A stretch of 64,000 bases of DNA, from NCBI GenBank assembly GCA_964016885.1, contig OZ024740.1, positions 398,846,001-398,910,000 on the forward strand, written 5' to 3'. The DNA is from Eledone cirrhosa. Lineage: Eukaryota. A program made the position numbers and the translations under genes. The notes under the pieces were generated by a model that saw nothing but the letters and a program-made list of their open reading frames with translations, did no database searches and had not been told where the DNA came from. Below are positions 1 through 13,100 of the stretch, piece after piece; position 1 is the stretch's first letter, and each line of letters begins with the position of its first letter.

Positions 1-153
1 TCTGCAGTTTGTCTTATTAAAATGGCATTTGTAGTGGTTCTCCCTGGTTTAAAGCCTGCATCCCCAAATCAATTCTGTTCCTAATCAATTTTGCTATCAC
101 TTTTTCTGTAATCATCATAACCTGATCCAACAATTTGATGAATCTGTAATTGC
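1..153 (-). mobile_element. RTE-type LINE reverse transcriptase fragment
   Basis: Minus-strand translation SNYRFIKLLDQVMMITEKVIAKLIRNRIDL..MQ resembles the RTE RT motif NYRxIKLL..xMQFGFxPGRxTTDAIF. It is frameshifted and cut off by a CA/TA microsatellite. Confidence 0.7.
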
Positions 154-959
154 TACACACACACACACATATATATATATATGATAAACTTAGAAAAATT
201 AGGAGGATAAGATAATGAACGAAAACAAGACAAATGAAAAACAATTTTTAAAGGGGAACCTTAAAAAATTGTTATATTTCGGGAGGGTCATGTCTTAAAA
301 AAATAAAAATACAAACGAAAGACAGAACTCCCGGGTCAACGTCCGTTGAGATTGACGTTGACAATTTCCACCCCTACCAACGGTATTGCTGGTTCAACCG
401 GGGTCACAGCATCCGATACAAGCCAAACGCTGTCCAGTAGATAGTGTGTATGTATGTACGTAAGTGTCTATGAGGATATGTTCCTTAATTTGTAAAGAAA
501 CGATAAATGGAATAAATAGAATATATTTTTAATACTGAGTTCTTTTAATCTGATTATTTGATCTGACGTATGATGATTTCAAATATTGAATTCTACTATA
601 TATATATATATAGGGTTTAAGGAATATACTTCTCTTTAAAGCTTTATCTCTGCATTTCTTAGTACTTATCTAGTACGGTTTATTAGGCTAATGAACTGTA
701 GTTTCTCGGTCTTGTCTACATATGTATATATATATTTGCGTGTGTTGGGAGTGAGAGTGGAAGAGAAAGACACACATATAAGGAGAACCGGCGTAAAAGA
801 AAACATTGAAGGAAAGAGAAAAAAAGGTAAGTCTGACACATAGGGGAAAAGGGCAAGATGAAGAAGGAAGGTGAGAGAAAAAAGTAAAAAGTCAATATAT
901 CAAAATATATATTACAAAACGAAAAGAAAAAGACAATCTATGTATGAGGAGAGCACTGC

Positions 960-1020
960 TGCCAACCAATCAGATCCAAGGACACAGACAGATATTATGT
1001 TAATTTAGTCGCCATCTTTA
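960..1020 (+). promoter_or_regulatory. Probable promoter of the NKRF-like gene (CCAAT box and YY1-type motif)
   Basis: CCAATCAG at 966-973 and CGCCATCTT at 1010-1018. CpG is visibly frequent from here to ~3.6 kb, and a splice donor CAG|GTATAT follows at 1131/1132. Confidence 0.5.
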
Positions 1021-1131
1021 ATACCGGTTAGCTATTATTGCAGTGCTCTTAGTTTAGCTCTAGCTTTTTATCGTCTTTCATTATTATAGCTATTTGATTG
1101 CTGTTTGATACCGTACAAGAGTTTTAATCAG
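1005..1131 (+). other. Putative non-coding first exon of the NKRF-like gene (start approximate)
   Basis: Lies just downstream of the promoter motifs, ends in CAG|GTATAT, and is followed by T-rich intron-like sequence. Confidence 0.45.
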
Positions 1132-2760
1132 GTATATGAAAACAACGACTTATGATGTCGGATTTTTTGTTTTGTCTTTAAACATTTGTTAAACATCATT
1201 GGCGAAAAATCTCATCGCGCCGTTGTGTGACACTGATATTTTTCTCTCTCCGTTAAATTGAAAACCCAGTCACTCTTGCCTTCTTCCTCCGATTTCTTTT
1301 GCTCATATTTTCATAATTTTTTAGTATTTTCCTAGTGTGATTTTCTTTACTTATTGTTTTTTTGTTATATATATTTGTCTATACATCCCCCATTTTACAT
1401 TTATCACATCATTTTCTCGACCTAAATCGTTGTTTCTTCACGTGTTTCTCTCTGACGTCGTAATTAAGAAACATTGGATACACGTTATTTAATGTAACTA
1501 ATTATTTTTTATTTCTTCAGTCGGCGATTCGTTTTTGTTTCCTGGTCATAGTTATTTCATTTCGTCTACTTTGCTAACGCAATAAGCGTCACGCCATCTC
1601 ATTCTTTCACACACGAGGCCTTGCACCAACGATTTTAGTTAAATTATTTCGTATAAAAATTGTTAGTTTTGTAAATTATGCTTGACTTCTCTCAAATCTC
1701 GATTATGATGTACATTTCGCATGAGGGTGAAAAAACAAAAGCCATTATTAATCTTGGGTAGCGTTTATCACTTCGTTGCGAGATTCGATGCTCTAATTAA
1801 TTTTCTTTGTGCATAACATATTGTAATTTCTCATTTAACTCTATATATCACTATCTAATAAATTTTATCTTCATTGTTTTCTACTTTTCTCTACATATTC
1901 ACATCAAATTTCAATAGCGCATTGAATCATTAAGCATTTCTTTTGTATTTAAGAAAAAACAAAACAAAAAAAAAAAAAATCATCTATTACATTTTCCGCC
2001 GCCTTTTTCACCCATTTAATTTTTTTTAGATCACTTCTCGACTGAGTGAAATATTGTTTAAATGTTTTACATGTTCTTTTGATAAATACTTGTCTTGAAC
2101 AACAGCAAATTTGTTTATATTACATGATTTTACAGGAGACTAGCTTTTAAGGGAATGTGGAGATGGGCGCAGAGTAGCCATGTTGAAACCTGTAATAGAT
2201 TGTTCAGTCTAAATCTCTACTCTTAATTCCACTGCACATATGTATATATTTGTGTGTGCGCGTATCGTTTATCTGTTGCAGTTTAATTTCGTGGCCTTTT
2301 CCTTAAACCACACCTGAAAGAGTACATCTATCTTATTTACCTCAGTTAAGGTATACGTTAGAATGCTATGTGACGAGGGTATCACCATCACTCTTTCAAC
2401 ATAATTCTGGTTTGTATGTCGTAATGCCGACTTGCTTTAAAAATGCTTATTTTGGCTAACTAAAATTTAAACTTTTGCCTGTTTCTTAGCAGAGGGTATA
2501 ACATTTTATCTATCTTAACATTAAGTCAATGATTTAATTTTTTCGGATACTATCATTTATTGACATTTCTCGTTTTAAATATCTCTAGCTTTGTTTTGTA
2601 CATCCTTACGGATAATCAGTTTTTAAAAATATTTTGTTATAATCGATGCATTGTGTGAGCTCTTACAAGCCGCATGGTTGCTTCGGAAGATTGCTTTTGC
2701 AATCACGAGTGGTAATTCAAGTATGATTCTTGTACTGCTGTCAGAAGAAAGATATCAAAT

Positions 2761-2791
<31 letters not shown>

Positions 2792-3899
2792 AATGGAAGA
2801 TTAAAACAGAAACCATTAGTCTGGTCCTTTGTGTTCTATCTAAACTACAACTGATTTACGCGCGGCATCCATTGATATTCTCGCCGAATTTGTACTGACG
2901 AGTAAAATTTCATTGTTAAAATTGAAATCTGGTCCATGCAATTGAAGAGACATGCTTTTTATTAGTGTTAGAATATTTTAATTTCCAATTACTGAATTTT
3001 TGATTTTCATTTCCATCCAAGTAATAATTTTAGGACTTGTTCATATTTAGAAACCCCATTTCATTTTGATCGTTGTTGCCAAAAACTTCATTTCATAAAT
3101 TCAAATTAAATTTTCATCCTCTTTTATGATTTCTGTTTTTTGTACTTTTTATATTGTATTTGATACCAAATGTAAATCTTTATAATATACCGTCGGTTGT
3201 TATCTACCGCCCTATAACTAAACTAGCATCATTGACATTTTTTCTAGGGCCACAATCCCTGTATGACACTGATGCCATTGGTTATTATATGTTTGTTCCA
3301 TAATCTAGCGATTCGACAATTATAAATCGATAAAACAAGTACTAGACTTTCAAAAAGCTTATCCTGGAGTTATGATTGACTAAATTCCTTGTTCCAGCAT
3401 GGTCGAAAATTGAAACCAATAACAAAATTATATTTAAAGGTCCAATGAACGAAAACATGTGTGTTCAAAATAACAATTTAGGGATCAGATATCTAAAACA
3501 TCAGTATGATGTAAAATTATAGGCTAATAAAGATTGAAGAGTTAAGCTATTTTAGGTTATCGTGATAAAAAAGAATACAGAGAACTAAAAGCTTGACGCG
3601 AAATGGTAGGTGCGCCTCTTAGAATGTATCTAACAAGTTGATTGTCTAATTAATACATAACAAGTGATTATTAATTAACACTGTGAATTTTATTCTCAAC
3701 AATTTATAATTTTTTAAAAATAGTTTGAGAACATGTATTTTATAAAGAGAACTGTTAGTTATTTCCCCTAGCTCCAATATGCGTAATAACTTTCAATACC
3801 TATGAGGCATAGTGATGATGGTTAAAGCAGTAGACCCTTCACTTAAAGCTTTTTATTGCTGTCAATATTTACGGTATAATTTATTCCTCTCTGTTTCAG

Positions 3900-3930
3900 A
3901 TTGGCTAAGTACTTAGTCAGCACGAATATG
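3900..3930 (+). other. Putative 31-nt 5' UTR exon ending in ATG
   Basis: Acceptor ttcctctctgtttcag| at 3899; donor ATG|gtaaat at 3931. Confidence 0.4.
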
Positions 3931-4423
3931 GTAAATTGCAAGTTACATTTCTTTCGTATAGACATTTAAGAATTTAATTGAAATATTCCATGAAATGTTC
4001 TATCAGCTAACATTGTGACTGTTCTTTAACCCCACTCCCAACAGTATGATACTTGAAAAGAACATATTACATAAGAAAGGATTACATGTAATTTTCCTTT
4101 GTATATTTGTTATATTTATACTGTTAAACTTTTTTTCTTTTATTGCAGTAGTTCTTGTATAAGTATGGCAAGAGATATTCACACGATGGATCTCTCATGG
4201 AACTAAATTGGTCACTGCATGTTCTGACTGAAATTAAAATCATTTAAAATAAATTTTTGTATTTTGATTTTTGCCAATAAAACATTACTTTCCTTCTGCA
4301 AGATTAGTAAATTTCTGTTATTTACAGGTTCTCTCGCTAATTTCTATTTTTGTTCAAACCAAGAAGCATGAACAAGAAGAATATTTTGTTTAAATACAAG
4401 ATTCTTTTCCCTACAGGTCTTTC

Positions 4424-4994
4424 ACACGTGTGTATACATATATGTATAATTATATATACAGTTTATGTACAACATATGTATTTATATGTATATATATATA
4501 AACATGTACATGTATATTGTGTATATATAAGCATGTGTATATATATATAAACATGTATATTTATATAAACATGTATATATATATAAGCATATTGTATATA
4601 TGTATATATATATATAAACATGTATATTGTGTATATATATATATATAAGTATATTGTGTATATTATATACATGTATAGTGTGTGTGTGTGTATATATATA
4701 TATATACACGTATATTGTGTGTATATATATATATATATATGCATGTATATTGTGTATATATATATATATATGCATGTATATTGTGTATATATATATACAC
4801 ATGTATATTGTGTGTATATATATACATATTGTGTGTATATATATACATGTATATATATATACATGTATATTGTTTATATATATATATATACATGTATATT
4901 GTGTATATATATATATATACATGTATATTGTGTTTATATATATATGTACATGTATATTGTGTGTATATATATATATATACATGTATATTGTGTG

Positions 4995-5025
<31 letters not shown>

Positions 5026-5068
5026 ATTGTGTGTATATATATATATATATATACATGTTTATTGTGTG

Positions 5069-5099
<31 letters not shown>

Positions 5100-5128
5100 A
5101 TTGTGTGTATATATATATACATGTATAT

Positions 5129-5219
<91 letters not shown>

Positions 5220-5390
5220 GTGTGTGTATATATATATATATATACACGTATATTGTGTGTGTATATATATATATATACATGTATATTGTGTGTATATATA
5301 TATATATATATACATATATTGTGTGTGTATATATATATACATGTAGATTGTGTGTGTATATATATATATATATTATATATATATATATAT

Positions 5391-5428
<38 letters not shown>

Positions 5429-5509
5429 ATTGTGTGCATATATATACATGTATATTGTGTGTATATATATATATACTGTGTGTATATATATATATAAAAA
5501 CATGTATAT

Positions 5510-5543
<34 letters not shown>

Positions 5544-6790
5544 AAAACATGTATATTGTGTATGTATATAGATATATATATATATATACACGCATATGTA
5601 CACGTATATATACTATGTATGCATATATATATATATTGTATATATAAACTATATAGTGTGTACATGTGTGTATATATGCGCACGTGTGTGCATATATACA
5701 TGTATTTATATATGTAATGTGTATAAATATATATATCATGTATGTATATATATATGTATTCATGTATATACATATATTCATGTATGTATATATATGTATT
5801 CATGCATCATGCATGTATATCTATTTGTATATAATGCATGTATGTATATATATTCATGCATGTATGTATATATATATTCATGTATGTGTATATATATTCA
5901 TGCATGTATGTATATATATTCACGCATGCATGTATGTATATATATTCATGTATATATGTATATATATTATATGTATATATATTATGTATATATATATATT
6001 GTGTATATATGTATATATATATTATGTGTAAATATGTATATATATTATGTGTAAATATGTATATATATTATGTGTATATATGTATATATATTATGTGTAT
6101 ATATGTATATATATTATGTGTATATATGTATATATATTTATGTGTATATATGTATATATATTTATGTGTATATATGTATATATATTTATGTGTATATATG
6201 TATATATATTTATGTGTATATATGTATATATATTTATGTGTATATATGTATATATATTTATGTGTATATATGTATATATATTTATGTGTATATATGTATA
6301 TATATTTATGTGTATATATGTATATATATTCATGTGTATATATGTATATATATTCATGTGTATATATGTATATATATTCATGTGTATATATGTATATATA
6401 TTCATGTGTATATATGTATATATATTCATGTGTATATATGTATATATATTCATGTGTATATATGTATATATATTCATGTGTATATATGTATATATATTCA
6501 TGTATATATATTCATGCATGTATATATATATATATATTTGTACACATACATACACTTAATGTATATACATATGCACACATATATATGTTTGAAAATCAGT
6601 AACTGATATGTATATGTGAACATATGTATAAAATTGCAGTTTTATATTGATATATGTAAACATCAGTTTAGATTTGTAATATGTGTAATATATATATATA
6701 TATATTTATTTATTTGTGTTTGTATGTATACATGCATATGTGCACAAAAAATGATTCTTATATATATATATATATACATTGCTATATGCA
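4424..6790. repeat. Compound TA/TG micro/minisatellite, ~2.4 kb, intronic
   Basis: ACATGTATATTGTGTG(TA)n units over ~4480-5560, CATG-containing variants over ~5740-5950, and a 24-bp unit TATATATGTATATATATT(T/C)ATGTG over ~6120-6500. Confidence 0.95.
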
Positions 6791-7270
6791 CATATTCCAT
6801 AAAAATAGTTTTAATTCATATTATGAAAAAAATGTCAAAATGATTTTTCAGTCATTTTAACATTTTGTCAATGGTTATTTTCTGCCATTGATCATAATGT
6901 ACTTTTGTTTACATGTTTATATTGATCTTGGGGTAAATCTGTAGGGAAAAACTGCTGATAAAGCATTCACATGTTACTGACATTGAATGAAATGTATTTG
7001 AAATTTTTTTCTTTCCAAAATTTTGAGAAGGGCTTGTTTTGAACCTATTGGAAAAGAAGTTGAGCTCTGCTAACTTCAACAAGCTTTCTAAAAAAATTCT
7101 TTTACTATTAAAGTAACTGTTTTCAGCCACTTACTCATATGTTAAGTGTAAGTTGGTTGGTTTGCTAATCAGTGGCTGAGTACCGGCTTTACCCCAAGTT
7201 CTATTGACTTGCTGAGTGTCTAATATTTTCTTTATTTTTCCCTCTTCTGCCACCAACACATTTTAAATAG

Positions 7271-7370
7271 GTTCACAAGAAAAGAAGCTGAGAAGGTTGG
7301 GAAATATTTCTTGTAAAGCAGCAAGACACCTGGCAGTGCTAACAAAGAGTAAAGCCATTGTAAAGATTTG
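7271..7370 (+). other. Putative 100-nt 5' UTR exon of the NKRF-like gene
   Basis: Pyrimidine tract, then ttttaaatag| acceptor at 7270, a purine-rich body and a TTG|gtatgt donor at 7371. Confidence 0.45.
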
Positions 7371-9369
7371 GTATGTGACAGTCAGTGGTTGTGATGTGGT
7401 AGGAGACCTTGTTTTAAAGGAATTACACTGTTATCTAATGCTGTATTTGGTATTGTACATACAATGCAACATTCGATAACTGTAATTTCAATCACTAGGT
7501 CTTCTGCCTCATCGCAGACCTAAAAACATTCATTCATTTTGCTACAAGTAAATCCAAATTATACAAAATTATTTTGCTATTAACATTTTTGTAGAGCTAG
7601 ATGGTAAGACATTAACAGATTATACCAATCTTAGCGTTAAACATGGTTTAAATTTTTTTCCTCTAACCTTAGCTATTAGATTTGTTTTTTTTTTTTCTAG
7701 TTCGTTTCTGATATTTTAGTTTGATTTACAATATAATTATTTTTAATTAATTTACTGGTGTTAAACTTGAGAATGGGTGTTTCTATAGTTAGATGGTAGA
7801 TTTTTATTTTTTATTTATTTATCATAGCCACCAATTGAGTTAATTTGGATTTACTTGTTGCTGCTCTGTTGTTTAAAAGGGATTCCAATAGTCTTGTAGG
7901 CTCTTGGTTTACCTTTTATATTGTATTTTGTTTATTGTCACTGTTTGTTTCTGATGATCTACAGCACAGTTGTGCATTGATTTCATCTCAGAAACAAACT
8001 ATATGCTGCTATGTACATATTGTCACTCTCCAGTATCAGAAAGCTGCCATATTAAAAAACACTTGCACAAAAAAGGAATAGTTGAAAACCAAATAGATTC
8101 AAGTTATCAGCTAAACTCTTAATTTCAAATGACTTATTTCCTAAATATGCCCCTAAGATGTATTTATATTCTTCAAAAATTAAAAATGTTATATATAAGT
8201 CAAAATCCTTGTTATTTGGCATAACTCCAAAAAAGAATAGTGAATATGGGGTTATAGAACTAATTCAAAGCTGAACCTAAAAACAAAGCAGTTGCTGTGA
8301 AAATGACTAAGAATTTGGTTTGGAACATCCAGGTTAATTTTATGTTGTATAAAAAGTTTTTTCTGTAATTTGTACCAGCTTCAACTGTTCAGAGGAATAC
8401 GAGTTTCTTAAGATGTGGTTTGTAATTAAAGCATGTTTGGGATATTTGTTAGGTGTAGTTGAATCACTGGTTTTTGAAGACTAACATTTACCCATTTAGC
8501 TAAGGACTTCAACAGAAAACTAATTGCAACAATGCTCTTAATATTTGTTGCAGGATAGTTATCTAGATTTTGAATTTTAAGTGATAATGGACTTTTAAAA
8601 CTGAACCAATTTTGCACTTGTCAGCAAAAGACAGCATTTTAGACAATTTAATTTTGGTTACTGAACCTGATTTCCATTTAATAAAGCTGCTGAATTTAAA
8701 GAATAAAACGCTTGTGATTGTTTAGATAACTTGCATGTTAAGGAAATGAATGATATGCATAATTCGTGTTGAATGGTGTCTGAATTATGAGAAGCATTGA
8801 CAATGTGACATTTACAAATTTTAGCATTTTCCAAGAGTTTTTAAAATAAAATTTGATGCAATTTTAAGTTGTCTAAATTATTGAATTGTTTCAATATTTT
8901 GATAACTTAAGCACAGGTGGATAAGAAAAAAAATAGTTTATCTTTTGAATCTTTTTTTTTTTTTTTTTTTTTTTTAAACCAAATAGTGAAGATTGAAAAA
9001 TCTGTAATACATCTTATAAAACTTAATTTATCTTAAAATCAAAATCAATTCAATATTGTGTTAAATATCTACCATGAGAAATCTGAATAATTTTATACAT
9101 TATATAAGACTACACCAAACAGAAATGTAATAGTTAATTTTCTGAAGAGCCTTGCTGATATAACACTTCTATAAGAAGAATGAGTTTGATTTTCATCCAT
9201 TATTAAAATTTTATAATTCTACAAGAATTAATGTATTAAAACAATCATTAAAAATACAAATGTATTTCAGGTATGTGTGTGTGTCTGTATATATACTCAC
9301 ATATATACATACGCACATTCACATATATATATTTACATACACTCATTCACATGTTAAATAGTTTAAACT

Positions 9370-10100
9370 ATATATTTTCTTTTATTCACCACTTAGAAAT
9401 GAGCAACATCCCATTTCCAATATTGGTAAGATTCTTAATTGTTGGGCATGCTCCTGGCAAGGAATGTTAAGAATTTTAGGATTCTCTTGTTCCAATCTGG
9501 TTTTTGATTTACAGAATTTAGTTTTTGGTTGGGTGAAATACTACTTTCCTAAAGTTTCTGCTTTGCTGTCCACCACAGGTTCTCCCTGGGGCTCTAGTCT
9601 GCACTGGTGGATGGTCATTCTTCCAAGCATGGTGAGGAATTTCTTATTGCATAAATTATGCACTGCAGTGGCTGCTCTATTGTGTTAATTTTTTTCCTTA
9701 AAGTTGTATAACATCTTAGTCCAACTTTTTCCTAAAAGCAAGTAAAAACCCTTTATGAATAGATAGCTGTTACTTTAGAACTCCCATATCACATTGAATC
9801 AATGCTTTGCTCCTTTTCAAGCTCTACTTCCTCATGTTTCCACTGGTCTGTGGTGTGCCAATGCCAACCCATTAATAATGATTGTTCATTTCCAATGCAT
9901 ACTGATCATGGAAATATCAATGTACAGTTATTAGCCTCACTATTTTTATTCCTTCTCTCTTGGCACATGTAATAGAATTGGTAGACACCAATTTTGTTTG
10001 CATTAGGTTGTCCTATTGCTATATTATGTATTTCTCTAACTTGTTTAATGGCTCTATTCAACTCTATTTTCTGCTTTGCACATTTGGTAAGGCTCACCTT
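9370..10100 (-). mobile_element. Highly decayed LINE RT remnant (tentative)
   Basis: Composition differs from the flanking intron and there are faint RT-like traces on the minus strand; no intact motif. Confidence 0.2.
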
Positions 10101-13100
10101 ATCTTAAAGTAAAATAATTTTAAAAAATGTTGCTGTCCTTAAAGTAATTTGATATTGAACTGGAGCTGACAAGTAGCATAGAACTGGTTTGCTGATTTGT
10201 TTCCTTTTGTAAATATATATTTTATTTTGCTATTGCTATAGTCTGTTTATCTGATTTATTACCATCCAAGTTTTACTGTAACACTGCTTCTAAGTTTTAG
10301 TTACATAGATTAACATTTTTGGCTGGGTTGCTTAATCTTTGCATCCAGAGTTGCACTTAGTGATTTTTTTTGATTTTTTTTATTTTTTTTTTTATTTATT
10401 TATTTTTTTTTATTATTATTATATAGATTGATAATTTACACCTGATAACACAAATTAGGAAATATTAATTTTAATTATTCAGTTTAAAGTAATCTATATA
10501 AATTTTGCATATGCATTAAATTCTTATAGTATTGTTTCATGCTTTCCTTGTGAAATTAATGATCAATTTAATTAAATTTGAAAATTTGATTATAGAGTTA
10601 TGGCTAATGATAAATATATTTCATTAAAGACAGCATGCATTTTTCTTTGGCTTGAATTTAAAAAATAGTCTGCATGCTTGTTTATAGACATATTCCCTTT
10701 CCTACTAAGCTAAAATATCTAACATTTCAAATTTCTAAATATCGATCACACTTAGGTAATAAGCTTATAACCAATGTTTGATTTTATTTTCCTATAAGCA
10801 TATATAGGCTTATTCTGACTTCTGCTTTCCTTCTGACTTACTAACCTCCCCCCTGTTCATGTTTTGCTTAATTCTTATTTCAAGATTAGATTACAAGTGT
10901 TAATTTTTGTAAAATGATTTTTAAGTTAAACATTTCATTGGTATATTTTTTTGTTTTTAATATGCGTTCCATATTTGTTGCACATTTTTTTTTGTCTCTT
11001 AAAACTCCCTAATATTTAACACTCAGAGGTAAGCTGAGCTGTGATTGCTAATACTTAATTTCTTAGGGATTAGCTGTAGCTTTGTGTTTCTGTTATGTTT
11101 AATTAGCAATAATATTGATTAGATTATCAAAGAAATCAAGTGTTAAATAATGCTATAATAATGCTTGTGTATTTAGTTTTCGTGTAGTATTAGAAAACAA
11201 CTTTTCACATGGTTAACTAAAAGTTATGTTGATCTAAAACATTGGAAATTGTACAGAAATGGCTGGGGTGATTTATTTATAGAAGTTTTAAACTTTTTTT
11301 ATCACAATTAGTTTATTTCTAAGTGGTTGATAAAAGGAAAATATATAGTTTTATTCTCTTTAAATAAATTTAGAGCACAAACAATATATAATTTTATAAC
11401 TACTAATTTGAAATTCTTTAAATTCCAGTGAATTAAAGTTCAATAATACATTATTGAATTTTTTTCTCCATAAACCTTATTACTAAAATATGCAAGAATG
11501 TTACAAAGATAAACGTTATTCTAAATTATGATCTAGCTGTATTGGTAGGATTTTATTGCACATTTTGTATATCCGATACTTAAAAGATTAAGTTTTTATT
11601 TGAGGGCATGCCAGTTTTAGTGGATTCAATTATGTTGGGACACTACTTTCGTTGAATAAACCACAGTACCTATCGATAATGGAAGGATAAATTGGATCTT
11701 GGCATAATGTGAACTCTGGTACATAACCAAATATCACAAGATATTTTGTCTGATGTTGTCGTGATTTCATTGTCTGCATGCTATGGCATGTTAAATTAAA
11801 ATATTCCATAACTTCATAAATAAAGCTTGTTTAATTTACGAAGTTATGGAATATTTTTTCCAAACACACAAATCCCTTTCAAATAAAGTTTTAAGTCCAA
11901 GCCAACTATATGATGCCATTATGTGATTTGGAAAAGTATTTTCCACATGATTTGAACTTTTCTGCAACTTAATATACATTTGTAAGACTTGTTCCAGTTG
12001 AGATTTCCAGCTAGTAGTTTTCTTTAAATTAATCCTTTGATTGCAAATCGAAAATAGTACTTATCTAATTGGTTGAATAAAGCAAGTGAAATTGCATTCA
12101 ACTATTGCAAAGTTTAAAATTATGACCAACAATCAAAGATCGCTTAAGACTTATTTTCTAAGTAAATTACGATTTTAAAAGTTTTTACGTGCTCATATAT
12201 TCCCCACGAAAAATATTTCTGCTTCAAATGTCTTCTCAGATATAACTGGACAGTAAACATTATGGTATACTCTATTAAGAGGTAGCTCCACATGCAATTG
12301 TGTGTAGAACAACGGTAAAGTAGAATAAACCATTTTATTTGATATCTATTAGGCCTCTTCTGCTAAACTGTTGAGAATATTAATCCTATTTTAGCAATCC
12401 TGTTATTTCAAGAGTACAGTAGCATTTTGATCACGTTGCTGACAATAAATTGAAGAGGGGTTTATTAGTTGGTTCTATTTACACAATTTGAACCTTTTCT
12501 ATAGTTATTGTTGTTTAGCTTCAGGTTCTTCCACCTTGTATAGCCAGGTCTGTTATCCAATATGCCCTGTTCGAGATGGGTGTATTGTGGGAAAATTTGG
12601 CTACTTTTAGCAGGTTGCTATTATGAAGCTCCTTTGCTGGCTTGTGGGATTATATAACTTCTTCGGTTAATGAGTTCAGACTTCCTGTTGTATGATATAA
12701 GAATCACTGTTTAGTGTGCTTGTTCCTCTCCTAATTAACTAATGTATGTAAAGCATATTAAAGCAAACAAGTTTCAAGATAGCCTTTTGGAATCTTTGAT
12801 GCTGCTTTCACAAATTTTCCTGAAATTGCAATGCTATCTGTCCAACTCATAGATGAGTGTTGCAACATTTCTTGTTAAAATATATATCTAGACATGTAGA
12901 ACTATTTGGACAGTGTGCTAACTTGAGGTTTACACTTAGAAATATGTATATACTTCAATATTCAAAGAGTTATAGAATGTTTCTTTTTTATTCTCTTTTT
13001 CTTTCTTTGTCTGTCTATGATACATGCTTGTTATGTTTTTCTTTGCTATGTGCATTTAGTTATTCAGCTATTCCATTGTGATATATATGATTAAGTCGTT

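Noticed and set aside
740-832. AAAG|GTAAGT donor upstream of the promoter motifs
   Set aside because: Could be an alternative first exon, but a single motif in purine-rich sequence is not enough support.
3812-3900. GTGATGA as a C/D snoRNA box C
   Set aside because: No suitably placed CTGA D box or terminal stem.
6120-6500. Regular 24-bp repeat array as a possible CRISPR
   Set aside because: Head-to-tail units with no unique spacers, eukaryotic context and no cas genes.
4350-6843. Many long ORFs rich in Y/I/C/V/M/H/T
   Set aside because: Artefacts of a stop-poor TA/TG satellite that is open in all six frames.
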